Assembly (NCBI GenBank): GCA_030324005.1
Contig: JARDVH010000110.1
Span: 23,772,364 to 23,836,363 of the forward strand
Direction: 5' to 3'
Length of the DNA stretch: 64,000 nucleotides
DNA from: Negaprion brevirostris
Lineage: Eukaryota
Shown: piece after piece, positions 50,198 through 62,142 of the stretch
Position numbering within the stretch: the stretch's first letter is position 1
How the letters are laid out: every line of letters starts with the position of its first letter
The notes under the pieces: model-generated
Databases searched by the model: none
The model's input: only the letters and a program-made list of their open reading frames with translations
Told to the model about the DNA's origin: nothing
Position numbers and translations under genes: made by a program

Positions 50198-51438
50198 GTG
50201 TCAAGCGGCACTCCTCAGGGACCAGTGCTGGGATCTTTGCTGTTTGTAATATATATAAATGATTTGGAGGAAAATGTAACTGTTTGATTAGTAAGTTTGC
50301 AGATGACACAAAGTTTGGTAGTTCGCAGATAGCGACGAGGACTATCAGAGGATAGAGCAGGATGTACATCGGTTGGAGACTTGGGTGGAGAGATGGCTGA
50401 TGGAGTTTAATCTGGACAAATGTGAGGTAATGCATTTTGAAAGGTCTAATACAGATAGGAAATATATAATAAATGGCAGAACGTTAAGATAGGCAGAGGG
50501 ATCTGGATGAACAGGTACACAGATCACTGGAAGTGGCAAAGCAGGTGGAGAAGCTAGTCAAGAAGGCATATGGCATGCTTGCCTGCATCGGCCGGGCATT
50601 GAATTTAAAAATTGGCAAGTCATGTTGTAACTTTATAGAACCTTAATTAGGCCACACTTAGAATATGGTGTTCAATTCTAATTGCCACACTACCAGAATG
50701 ATGTGGAGGCTTCGGAGAGGGTACAGAATAGATTTACCAGGATGTTGCCTGGTATGGAGGGCATTAGCTATGAGGAGAGATTGGAGAAACTTGGTTTGTT
50801 CTCACTNNNNNNNNNNNNNNNNNNNNNNNNNNNNNNNNNNNNNNNNNNNNNNNNNNNNNNNNNNNNNNNNNNNNNNNNNNNNNNNNNNNNNNNNNNNNNN
50901 NNNNNNCAGGATGTTGCCTGGTATGGAGGGCATTAGCTATGAGGAGAGATTGGAGAAACTTGGTTTGTTCTCACTGGAACAACGGAGGTTGAGAGGCGAC
51001 CTGATAAAATTCTACAAGATTATGAGGGGCATGGACAGAGTAGATAGTCAGAAGTTTTTTCCCAGGAAAACTTCCCATGAGTTTCCCATGAACTCAAAGC
51101 CCCAGTTCACAGGTTCTGAAGGAAGGTCAGTTACTAGGGAGCATAGGTTTAAGATGCAAGGGGCAAAGTTTAATAGAGAGATACGAAGCAAGTTTTTGTT
51201 ACACAGAGGGTGGTGGGTGCCTGGAACTCGCTGCCAGGGAAGGTAGTGGAAGCAGATGCAATAGTGACTTTTACGGGGTGTCTTGACAAATACTTGAATG
51301 CGATGGGAGTAGAGGGATACAGTCCACGAAAGGGTAGGGGGTTTTAGTTCAGTCGGGTGGCATTGTCGATGCAAGCTTAGAGGGCAGAAGGGTGTGTTCC
51401 TGTGCTGTAATTTTCTTTGTTCTTTTCTTTATTCTTTG
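50198..51438 (+). mobile_element. 5'-truncated CR1 with a 7-bp flanking direct repeat
   Basis: PQGPVLG.LLFVIYINDL...ISKFADDTK...RGDLIKFYKIMRG; (ttctttg)n-like tail. taaagtt occurs at 50191-50197 and 51439-51445. Confidence 0.92.
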
Positions 51439-51704
51439 TAAAGTTCAATGCTCCAGTACCTATCATCACATAAACTTTAGCCATCCACATCCTACCTCTC
51501 ATCTAGTCCTGAAACCATATGCTTATCGATCTGCATTGACAACCAATCTGACAAAGTATCGAAGTTAAAATCCCATCCTTGTCTTTTCTCTTTCTAATCT
51601 CTTTCAGCCTTACATGCCCTCCTAAAAACTCTTGGTTTTCTCCAACTTCAACCTTTTGTTCATACCTCTTTCATTCATCCTAGCATGATTGCTTTCACCT
51701 TTTC

Positions 51705-52440
51705 AGAGGTGATGGCCTGGTAGCATTATCACTACATTATTAATCCAGAAACTCAGCCAATGTTCTGGAGATCCAGATTCAAATCCCACCACTGCTGGAA
51801 TTCGAATTCAATAAAAATATTTGGAATGTAGAATCTACTGTTGACCATGAATCCATTGCCAATTGTCGGAAAAACCCATCTCGCTCACTAATGTCCTTTA
51901 GGGAAGGAAATCTGCCATCCTTACCTGCTCTGGCCTACATGTGACTCCAGAGCCACAGCAATGTGTTTGATCCTTAACTGCCCTCTGAACGAGGGCAACT
52001 AGAGATGGGCAATAAATGCTGGCCAGCCAACAATGTACATTTCCCACAAATGAATAAAAAGGAATGGCATCATGGTAATGTCACTGGACTTGTAATCCAG
52101 AAAGCAGGCTAGTCCTCTGGTGACATGGGTTCAAATCCCACTATGGCAGCTGGTGGAATTTAAATTCAACTAATAAAAAGAAAAAAATCTGGAATTGAAA
52201 GCTGGTCTCAGTAATGGTGACCATGTAAAGTTCATTGATTGTCATAAAAACTCATCTGGTTCACTAAAGACTTCTGGAGAAGGAGATCTGCCATCTGCCT
52301 AGTCTGGTTTATATGTGAACCATATGCACAGCAATGTGGTTGGCTGCTATCTAGCAAGCCATGCAGTTCATGGGCTTTGCGGGATGGGCAACAAATGCTG
52401 CCTTTCCAGGTATGCCTACATCTTTCCAGTGAATTAAAAA
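51705..52440 (+). mobile_element. Two tandem SINE type B copies (51705-52040 and 52041-52440)
   Basis: Each has a tRNA-like head (ggttcaaatcccac or attcaaatcccac), the central aaaa(c)ccatc..cactaa domain and the gggcaa(t/c)aaatgctg tail. Confidence 0.88.
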
Positions 52441-53044
52441 CCTTCTTCAATCCACTTTCTAGAGACCCATACCCTAATCCCTTTTGCCAGTCTACTTCCA
52501 TTTCCTTTAAGATACTTGAAACCCACTTTTTCAGCCAAACTTTTGTCCGTTTCTCCTAATTTCTCATCCTATAGTGTAGTGTCTAGTGTCCATTTTTCTT
52601 AAGTATCTATGAAATGCCTAGGGATGTTTTTCTACTTTAAGAATGCTGCAAATTGTTGAACTGAAAGAAAGTGAGAAAATTTAAACTGTGAGGATAATTA
52701 GATAACTTCAGGCAGATATATATTTCCAAAGCAGTCTGATGCTATGAAGAAATGTTGTACAACTGATTCTGACCACAATGTGCAAATTCAAGAAAACATG
52801 CAATTTATCAAATCCTTGTTCATTCAGGTCAATCAACTAACTAATCGTTTTGTTTAGTAACACTAACAAAAGTGTTTAGTAACAGCAACAAACACAACTT
52901 CGACAAGCTAAACAAGAATTATTGGAGTATTAGAAGCGTGAGACAACATTAATGTTACCTATTAATGGAATAAGATGTATCAAATTAAATTCAAAGAATA
53001 ATTATTGCACAATTTGTGCATGTATTTTCACCATAATTAATACT

Positions 53045-53231
53045 TTTTTTAAATTCATTCGTGGGACATGGACATCATTGGGTGGCCAGCATTTATTGCC
53101 CATCCCTAATTGCCCTTGAAGGGCAGTTGACAGTCAACCACACTCTTATTGTGGCTCTGGAGTCACATGTAGGTCAGACCAGGTAAGGATGGCAGATTTC
53201 CTTCCCTCAAGGAACTTAGTGAACCAGATGA
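53045..53231 (-). mobile_element. SINE type B 3' half
   Basis: attcattcgtgggacatgg...ccagcatttattgcccatccctaattgcccttgaa...agtgaaccagatg. Confidence 0.88.
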
Positions 53232-53331
53232 NNNNNNNNNNNNNNNNNNNNNNNNNNNNNNNNNNNNNNNNNNNNNNNNNNNNNNNNNNNNNNNNNNNNN
53301 NNNNNNNNNNNNNNNNNNNNNNNNNNNNNNN

Positions 53332-54240
53332 GTCATGGGTGCCTACATGAACCACAACTTGGGGCTGGTTCCCCTCCCCCTTAAGGATCTCAAACACTCG
53401 ATCAGAGACATCACAGACCCTGGCACCTGGGAGGCAACATACCAACCGTGAGTCTTGCTCGTTCCCACAGACTGTCCTATCTGTCCCCTTAACTATGGAA
53501 TCCCCAATCACTTATCCTGTTCTCTTCTTCCCCCTTCCCATCTGAGCATCAAGGACAGGCTCTACTCTTGAGACCTGTATCCCGTGGCTTACCCCCATTG
53601 AGTCTTCCTCCCCAACAGCATCCAAAACAGAGTACTTGTTTTGGAGAGGAACAGCCACGGGGGGGAAATCGCTGCTCTGACTGCTTCTTACCCCTTCTAG
53701 CACTCACCAAGTATCACTTTTAGGAGTAACAATCTCCCTGTAACTTTTATCAATACCTGCCTCTGCTTCCCAAATGATCCTGAGTTCCTCCAGTTCCAGC
53801 TCCAGGTCCCTAACACGGTCCTCAAGGAGCTGGACGCACTTCCTGCAGGTGTAATCAGCCGGGACAGTACCAGTGCCCCCTCACCTCAAATATCCCACAG
53901 GAGGAACATCGCACTGCCTGCACTGCCATCCCTGTTACGTCCCTTACCAAGAAACAAAGAGAAAAAAAAACTTACCTGTTCTCACTGTGAGTCACTCTCT
54001 CTTTTTTTAGGTTAGAGGAGGGGGGATGGGGGGATACTCTACTCATGTAGAGTATCAGGTTTCCTCGCCATTCCAATTTATGAGGGGAGAGAAAAAAAGA
54101 AACTATCCAGGCCTCCCTGCGACTTCTTCCAGTTTCCAGTCCAAAATTTTTTTTAAAAACTAAAGAAGTTAGTTAAAAAAATCACTGTCGCTTACCCTCA
54201 AGCACTCCTCTCACGAATCGCTCCCACTCTGCTGTGCTCC
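53332..54240 (-). mobile_element. CR1 LINE 5' UTR and ORF1 (zinc finger, coiled coil, SGNH esterase)
   Basis: ATG at 53929: MAVQAVRCSSCGIFEV../DYTCRKCVQLLEDRVRDLELELEELRII; VPLQNKYSVLD; IGDSIVKGTDR...VCCLPGARV.DV...VVVHVGTHD. Frameshifted. Confidence 0.9.
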
Positions 54241-54244
54241 CAAG

Positions 54245-54500
54245 GAACAATGAGCAATGTAAGATATAGTTCACAGAAGACCAGTATGCCCGGGCTGGGC
54301 AGTACATCAAATTTCACCTGAACTCGGCCCCTCAGTAAGCCCGGGCTGCAGAGTTCACAGCCGTTGCGGGGATGTCCATTGACTGCACACATGTTGCCCC
54401 CAAGGCCCCCCTATGGAATCCACAGAGATTTGTCAATAAAAAGGCGTTCCACTCCCTGAATGTACAACTTGTGTGTGACCACAATATGACCATCATGCCA
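54245..54500 (+). pseudogene. PIF/Harbinger (HARBI1-like) DDE transposase fragment
   Basis: YARAGQYIKF...[12 protein letters not shown]../[40 protein letters not shown]. The first catalytic D lies in IDCTH. Confidence 0.88.
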
Positions 54501-55774
54501 CCTCACTGGTAAATAATGCAGCTCGTGGCAAAGCTGCAATTAGCATCATGTCTGCAGTTGAGTTCCATTTGTCACACCTGAAAGGCAAAATAGATCCAAC
54601 ATCAATATCAAGATTTCCTATTAAAGGTAGAAATTCCCCATTCCCATTCCTACCTCTCACTTCCCAGTTGTCTGATGTGATGAAATGTCAGCGTGACTGC
54701 AAATATATAGACAGGCTGAAAACCAGTGGTGCCATTGAAATCAAATCCAATTGGCTGGGCCATTAATGAATGTATAAATGTTGACCAAATGGTGGCTGAG
54801 AGGCAACAGGATGAGCTGGAAGATGTCCAAGTATTTGCTGTGCCAACCTGAGATTGTATAAAGTGGCGCTCCTCAGTGAGAAATGGACACTGCACTCACT
54901 GTTCCTCACCCCATTAATTAGACTGTAAATAAATGAAGTTCAGAAATTAGGATTTGGTGATTAATGAGAACATTTAGAATTTTCTCATCATTATACTGAA
55001 TTAAGGCCTTTAAAAAAGGATAATTCTCTCAAAACATGAGAACATATATCAGATAATCTAATTTATTTTATAATAGATCTGAACCCCATCTATTCCCCCA
55101 TTTCTTACCATTCATTCACTAGCAGCAGTGAGAACGTAACCCATTTGCAAAGAATAGTCCCAGAGATTCAAGATAAAAATCAAAGCAGCTAAAGGACCAA
55201 ATTGTAGAGTGGATAGCAAGGTCGGCTTAAAACCAGGAAACAGAGAATAGAGGCCTTGGGGATTTACTCAAACTGGCACCAAGTGTAAGGCGGTGTTCCT
55301 GGAGAGTGCCCAGACTGGGCCAGGGCATACCTGGTTAGAGCCAAAGTAGTACCCGGGCAGAGTCAGAGTACTACCAAGCAGTACCAAGCATGATTTTCTC
55401 CCCTCATAATACTGATCTCCACTGGGAAGTCCATTTGCTAGATTCACACCTTCACACTGGTCTGCCGCTGTGGATGATTCCGGCGTACAGACTTGATCGT
55501 TATACGTTGATGTACTCAAAATGAGATCTGACTTCTGGTGTCGGGAAATGGGCTCGTCACTGATAGCGAGAGGGACAGTCGTGTCCTGTGTTCACTCCAA
55601 TATGAAACAAGACTTTGCACTTGTCTCGATATTTCCCATTCGGGTTGCTGAACTGCCAGATTCGAAGAGGAGCAGAAAGTCCCAGTCTGAGATTTGGCCT
55701 AATTGAGGTATTTAATTTCATGAAATGGTTTGGTTGGGTTGGGAAGGAGCACTGTTGGGACGTTGGGTATTTTG

Positions 55775-56192
55775 TGTTTTTTTTGTTCATTTGTGGGACA
55801 TAGGTGTCGCTGACTGGCCACATTTTGTTGTCTATCCCCAGCTGTCCTTGAGAAAGTAGTGCTAAGCTGCCATCTTGAAATGATGAAACAACCAGATGGC
55901 TTTCTCCACCATTTCAGAGGGTAGTTGAGAGTCAACCATAGTGGTTCTGGAGTCACATGTTGGCCAGACCAGGTAAGGATGGCAGATTTCCTTCCCTAAA
56001 GGAAATTAGTGAACCAGATGAGCTTTAGCGACAATGGTCATCAGTGGATTCTTAATTCCAGATATTTTTATTGAATTCAAATTCCAATTCCAACATCTGC
56101 CATGATGGGAGTTGAACCCGGGTCCCCAGAATATTAGCTGAGTTTCTGGATTAATAGTCCAGTGATAATACCACTAGGCCATCGCCTTCCCT
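55775..56192 (-). mobile_element. SINE type B, full length
   Basis: ggagtcacatgttggccagaccaggtaaggatggcagatttccttccctaaagg...ttgaacccgggtccccagaatattagctgagtttctggattaatagtccagtgataataccactaggccatc. Confidence 0.9.
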
Positions 56193-57109
56193 GTTGCTCA
56201 TTTCATAGGAAATGATTGGACCTCCCTTACATGCACCTGAAAACCAAAATCACAAAAGATAATATAGTCATTAGGTTTGCTTTATTTTCTAAATCAATTA
56301 CAGTGTATTATAGATTTTCATGAACTCTCCTCAGAATCTGAAACCTCACGTCTTGAAATCAACCTTAATTAGTTTTCACTGAATTCTCTTCCACACACTA
56401 TGAAGGTAAGGTGCCCACAATTACACATGATATTCTATTTGGTGCCAACTTCACCTTGAAGGAAAATTGTAGTGAACAATCAATAACCATGCTGAAATCA
56501 TTTTCTTCTTTCACCTTTGCTGATGTATTCTCCTGCATAATGTAGCTTTGTATTTAAGTATTATGTTGTTATGCCATGGGACAAGACACGTCTCTTTGTA
56601 TTACTAGCTGTGTTCTTCGTATCAGGAGGTGTATCTAATGATGCTTTCCCAATGGATTCAGTTTAGTAATACTGCAGTCCAAAATTGCAAATAGGATACC
56701 CTGTTGCATAAACATCCTTTGTTTTCCACTTCAAATATGCATTACTAATTTGCACTGAAATTCATCCCNNNNNNNNNNNNNNNNNNNNNNNNNNNNNNNN
56801 NNNNNNNNNNNNNNNNNNNNNNNNNNNNNNNNNNNNNNNNNNNNNNNNNNNNNNNNNNNNNNNNNNNNCCCTCAATTCCCTTTCCCTGGCTGCTTAATTC
56901 GTCTAGGGCTCTGAATGTTCATAACACACACTTATTTGACCTGTATCCGCTCTAATTTGCCATACTTAACAAAGACATGTTGATTATCTCTGAAAGTAGG
57001 ATTCACTTTGTTATTAGCCAGTTTAGCATTATGTTAAGGAGGTGTTCGACAAAGTATCACAAAAAAGATTGATCGAGAGAATTGAGGCTTATGTAAAATC
57101 CAATTGGAG

Positions 57110-57330
57110 TGAATGATTGGGTGGATAAGTGAGAGTATAAGTGGGTGAAGGGATGGATGTTGGGTGAGTGAGTGAGTGAGTGAGTGTGTAGAATTGAGTC
57201 GATGGGTGAGTGATGAGTGATGAGTGGACGAGTGACCATGAGTGGATAGGTAGATGAATCGATGAATGCATGGATGGGAGAAAGGGTAGTTGGTGTAGGG
57301 GGATTATTGGTGTAGGGGGATTGTTGGTGC
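57110..57330. repeat. Degenerate (TGAG/TGGA)n simple repeat
   Basis: gtgagtgagtgagtgagtgagtg, ggatggatg. Confidence 0.8.
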
Positions 57331-58108
57331 AGTAATTCCACCAAAAATAGTTTTCCACCACCCTTTATTAGAAACCAAAATGAGATCTGTACTCCAGGGA
57401 CCTACAACAATAGTCCAGGTAAAAGCAGCAGGGTTTTAAGCTGCTCACTTTTCATTGGACGAGTCTCTGCTTTCTCAATAAGGAGGTTTGTATTCCATGA
57501 AGCTCACAGAGAGGTCTATCAACAATGCTCCACATTTTTCATGATCATCATAACAGATGGATAAGATTGCAAATGTAGTCTGCTTACAAGGGTAGTTGGG
57601 TCAGGNNNNNNNNNNNNNNNNNNNNNNNNNNNNNNNNNNNNNNNNNNNNNNNNNNNNNNNNNNNNNNNNNNNNNNNNNNNNNNNNNNNNNNNNNNNNNNN
57701 NNNNNNNNNNNNNNNNNNNNNNNNNNNNNNNNNNNNNNNNNNNNNNNNNNNNNNNNNNNNNNNNNNNNNNNNNNNNNNNNNNNNNNNNNNTAACATTTCC
57801 AAGGTAAGTTGTCCAGCATTAGATCCTACTTACTTAGTCTTAGTCTCCGACCCTGAACTTCATGTTGGAGACTTTCAAATAATGTTCTGGGCAGTGAAAA
57901 TCAACCCATTGGAAGTTTAAATTTCATGGGCAATTACAGAGTAAGTCAAAACTTCCGCAGGGCCCATACACATTACACAGACTTGAGTTCACATTTCACT
58001 GCTCTTGATATTGGAATATTCAGGCCATTGGTATATGAGAGAAACAAATATAGATTTTCTATAGTTTTATCCCAAAACTCTACAACAGAAAGTTCATACT
58101 GCAGTCAA

Positions 58109-58280
58109 TGTAGACTGAGTGGTCATGTGATGACGTGGCTCCTTACAGGGCCCCATGTCAGGAGTGCAGGAATTCTCCCCAGAACGCAGGACAGAGTGGA
58201 AGCATGCAAAGGCTGATCAGAGTAGTTAATAAACTGTCGTTGTTATAAATCCTTAGTCATTGGAACCCAGCACTTCTACA
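58109..58280 (+). mobile_element. Gypsy 5' LTR (172 bp)
   Basis: TGTAGA...AATAAA...TCTACA with a 6-bp terminal inverted repeat, immediately followed by the PBS. Confidence 0.75.
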
Positions 58281-58293
58281 TGATGTCAGGAGT
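58281..58293 (+). promoter_or_regulatory. Primer-binding site, tRNA-Leu type
   Basis: tgatgtcaggagt approximates TGGTGTCAGGAGT, the complement of the tRNA-Leu(CAG) 3' end, with one mismatch. Confidence 0.65.
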
Positions 58294-59687
58294 TCAGCAA
58301 AAGGGCGCAAGGACTTTGCCACATCAACCTGCTTGCGTTCAATGAAAATATTGCGGACAACTAGGCCAAGTTTGAAATAGAGTGACACATCTACTGCAGT
58401 TTCAGTTTAACGGACAAATCTAAAAACGTACAAACAGAAACTTGACTAAATGCAGTAGACCTCAAGCAGTCAAGAATTTTGAATATTTTGTCTTCCGAAT
58501 TGAGGAGAAAGGCGATCTCAAGATAATGTTTAAAAAGACCTAGAATTGGCCTTATGTCCGATCAACTATATGAAACTTGAAGCTACCTTGTATGGAAAGT
58601 AGAGTGGCCACACCTTCCATGCAGATGGTTTGTCCACCATAGGCTATGAGGCTCATTTGGTTATTGGTGTCCTGTGCTCCATATGGGTCTAGTTCTTGCA
58701 GCATTTGCTGGGCAATATGTTACACTTTTCTCCAATGTCAATCTTTACCTTCTGTCTTGTGTTTTTGCTAACAATGTTCAGGATAGTGAAGACCTCACCC
58801 TTCCCTGTTATGGTGTCGACATTCTCACAGTTGTGTTTTTGGACACTCAGTGTTTATCCCGTTTAAAATGTTTGAGAACATTTGCTTGCCAGTGAAGAAC
58901 ATAATACATGACAGTCACGTGTTTAACACTAGAAACCAAATATTGGGCAAATTCTTGCAGTCTTATACCGTAATTTTTAAAATCTGAGCAAATACATGTG
59001 TCTGGCACCCTCACCAATGAACCAGTCAGGGATTGCATAGTGTGCGGGCTCCACAGTGACCTTGTCTGCAAGCAGGTTCTTTGTGAGAAAGATTTAACAT
59101 TACAATCAGTTGTTAACACTGGCATGCTAAACTATTTGTCAGAGAAAAGCAGCAAGGACTTCAGTCAGGAAGCAGATTATTTTGGGGTATCGGGCACACC
59201 CTGCCCAAACTGCAGTGGCCATCACCCTCAGAACAGAACAAAGGGTTTGGTAAAAGCTGCAGTTAATGTGGCAAATGGAACCATTTTGCAGAATGCTGCA
59301 AATGTAAAATGCAGCAGCCTTCTTATGCCACCATGCACACTGCAGCAGCTCATTCCGCCAAGGTTTGGAGCACAAGCAAAATAAACAAACCGGAGCTCAA
59401 TCTGAGAAACCAAACCACTGAGCTTCCAACAACACTCTATTGAGAATATCAACACCATAACAGAGAAGAATGTATTCTCCACCACCCTGTAAATGATTTA
59501 GAATACAAGACTGAAGGTAAAGATAGAAACTAGGGCAAAGTGTAATGTATTACCCAGCTGAATGCTATGGGAATTAGATCCAAATGCAGCACCAGATCCC
59601 AATAACTAATAGCGCTTGTGGCTTTTATCAGACAAACCATCCGCATGGATGGTGTGGCCACTAGCCATTCCACAAAAGGCAGCTTCA

Positions 59688-59844
59688 AGGTTGCTACAGA
59701 AGGTTAGGGTGCATGGAGTTGGAGGTAAGGTGTTAGCATGGATAGAGGATTGGCTGTCCAATAGGAAACAGAGAGTTGGTATCAATGGGTGCTATTCTGA
59801 TTGGCGGTTGGTGACTAGTGGAGTGCCGCAGGGATCGGTGCTGG
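59688..59844 (+). mobile_element. CR1 RT fragment inserted in Gypsy
   Basis: RLLQKVRVHGVGGKVLAWIEDWLSNRKQRVGING..SDWRLVTSGVPQGSVLG. Confidence 0.92.
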
Positions 59845-60189
59845 NNNNNNNNNNNNNNNNNNNNNNNNNNNNNNNNNNNNNNNNNNNNNNNNNNNNNNNN
59901 NNNNNNNNNNNNNNNNNNNNNNNNNNNNNNNNNNNNNNNNNNNNCCTCTATGACTATCATTAGGATCATACAGTTAAAGCTCAATACTGCTTTAATTAGA
60001 TTCAGGGTCAATTAGGTTCCTTATGTGAGTCACTTAGTCACACTTGATGATGTGAATCCAGATCCAGACAAGGCAATGGCCATATGAGAGATAGCCATTC
60101 CTGTGGACAAGCATGCTTCATAGCACTCCCTTCGTGTGATGCATAATCTTTCCAAGTTCATTCCTTGTTACAGTGATGTCTCTGGACCC

Positions 60190-60910
60190 TTCTTTGATTT
60201 GATTTGATTTATTATTGTCACATGTATTAGCATATAGTGAAAAGTATTGCTTCTTGCGCGCTATACAGACAAAACATACCGCTCATAGAGAAGTAAATGA
60301 GAGAGTGTAGAATGTAGCATTACAATCATAGCTAGGGTATAGTCAAAGATCAACTTAATGCGAGGTGGGTCCATCCAAAAATTTGATGGCAGCAGGGAAG
60401 AAGCTGTTCTTGAGTAGGTTGATATGTGTCCTCAGACATTTGTATCTTTTTCGCAATGGAAGAAGGTTGAAGAGAGAATGTCCAGGATGCGTGGAGCCCT
60501 TAATTATGTTGGCTGCTTTGCCTAGGTCGCAGGAAGTGTAGACAATATCAATGGATGGGAGGCTGATTGCACGATGGATTGGGCGACATTCATGACCTTT
60601 TGTAGTTTCTTGCAGTCTTGGGCAGAGCAGGAGCCATACCAAGCTGTGATACAACCAGAAACAATGCTTCCTATGTTGTGTCTGTGAAGGTTGATGAGAG
60701 TCGTAGCTGACATGCCAAATTTCCTGAGTCTTCTGAGAAAGTAGAGACTTTGTTGGGCTTTCTTAACTATAGTGTCAGCATAGGGGGACCAGGACAGGTT
60801 GTTGGTGAACTGGACACCGAAAAATTTGAAGTTTTCGACCCTTTCTATCTATTTCATCCCCATTGATGTAGACAGGGGCGTGTTCACCTATATGTTTCAT
60901 GAAGTCAATG
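60190..60910 (-). mobile_element. Rex1/Babar LINE 3' fragment inserted in Gypsy pol
   Basis: SIVSGCITAWYGSCSAQDCKKLQKV...THPGHSLFNLLP..KRY...LKNSFFPAAI; (TCAAA)n tail. Confidence 0.88.
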
Positions 60911-61409
60911 AAGTTGTCAGCTCCCCCACCAGGACATTAAATGGTTTTTGCAGGAGCACTACACAGTGGCCTACAACAGACTCAAACAGGCACTCTCTGC
61001 TCTGCAAATGCCACGGTACTTTGGCATCCAAGCATCCCTATACTTAACGGTAGATGCGTCCCAGAATGCACTTGATGCAGTCCATTTCCAGAATGGCGGG
61101 CCAGTGTCATTTGCATCGAGGGCCTTCACTGACACTGGGACTCATTACGTCCAGATCAAAAAGGAACACTTCACTCTAATTTTCACATGTCAGAAATTCC
61201 ATGACTTCATAAATGGTCAACTTGTCATTGTCGAAAATAATCATTAGCCACTCACGGCTAATGTCCGCACGGCTGCAGCATACAATGTTAAAGCTTTAAC
61301 ACTACAACTGGTATCGTCTACAACATGGTAAGGAGCTGTACTTGGCTGATGTCCTTTCCAGAGTCTTCCCACCCATTACAGACCAGGCAGATTATAAGGA
61401 AGGCATAAA

Positions 61410-61597
61410 AACAAGGTAAAGTCACCATTGTCTCAGATGACCATGTGTTGCTCTCCCTTTTGAGGGAGAGTCACCACATCTCAGGTGAGGGGCAAGGTTA
61501 AGAAGGCGGACCACCATGCATAATCTCAGCAGTACAGGAATTGAACCAGTGCAGTTGGCGTCATTCTGCATCATGAACGAACCATCCAGCCACTGTA
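61410..61597 (-). mobile_element. Distinct tRNA-derived SINE with a ...GACTTTACCTT tail
   Basis: Minus cagtggctggatggttcg...tgatgcagaatgacgccaac..ggttcaattcctgtac (B box)...ccttgcccctcacctgag...ggtgactttacctt. Confidence 0.65.
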
Positions 61598-62142
61598 CAT
61601 CTACAATAGAGATCAGAACCAGCCCCAGCAAATGCTACAGTGCCCCAGCCATTCAACCTATAACACAGACTCCCTACACCAGTGGAAATGGAATAGAAAA
61701 TATGGAGAGATGGATGACACACTTACCCCATGATGATCATTATTATTTCTCATTAATGATATAAATCTTAAAGAGACCTAGGGATATTAGTGGACATGAT
61801 ACCCAAATGTCAAACCATAGCAGCAATCAACTAAGAATGTTGAACTATATGGTACAGATGATAGAATACAAATGAAAGGAACAGTCGAATGCTCTGGTTA
61901 GGAAACACCTGGAGTGTTGTGTCGTGTTCTCGTCAGTGTATTCTGTACAATTTGAGCAATAAAGGTGACATTCAAATGTTGGAGGTAGTACAATGAAAAG
62001 ACTTGTGGCTGACTTTGAATGCTGAAGACTTCAGATATGCGAAAAGACCAAAAAAGAATTGGGATTTTCAACTTTGAAACAAGGTGCTTGAGAGTTAATC
62101 TTATCAAATATTATCAGATAATTAATTGTATGGAATAAAAAA

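Larger units (their letters stand above)
50060..52660 (+). mobile_element. L2 LINE 3' fragment broken by CR1 and two SINEs
   Basis: Pieces at 50060-50190 (LSLSAAETLI), 51446-51704 and 52440-52660 (tail tgaaatgcctagggatgtttttctactttaagaatgct). Confidence 0.6.
58300..61400 (+). mobile_element. Decayed Ty3/Gypsy gag-pol, with no integrase or 3' LTR seen
   Basis: gag: NIADN*AKFE...FNTRNQ...VRDCIVCGL...LCEKDLTL; zinc knuckle C..CGKWNHFAECC. Protease: KVKIETRAKCNVLP. RT thumb: VNPDPDKAMAI. RNase H: LTVDASQNAL..VHFQNGGPVSFASRAFT...YVQIKKE...GKELYLADVLSR. Confidence 0.88.

Noticed and set aside
50737-50976. Internal duplication in CR1 (RMLPGMEGISYEERLEKLGLFS twice)
   Set aside because: Identical sequence on both sides of an N gap indicates an assembly artefact.
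54245-54500. Domesticated HARBI1 gene
   Set aside because: It is a short fragment with a stop and a deletion before IDCTH, truncated by CR1, so it is a transposon relic.
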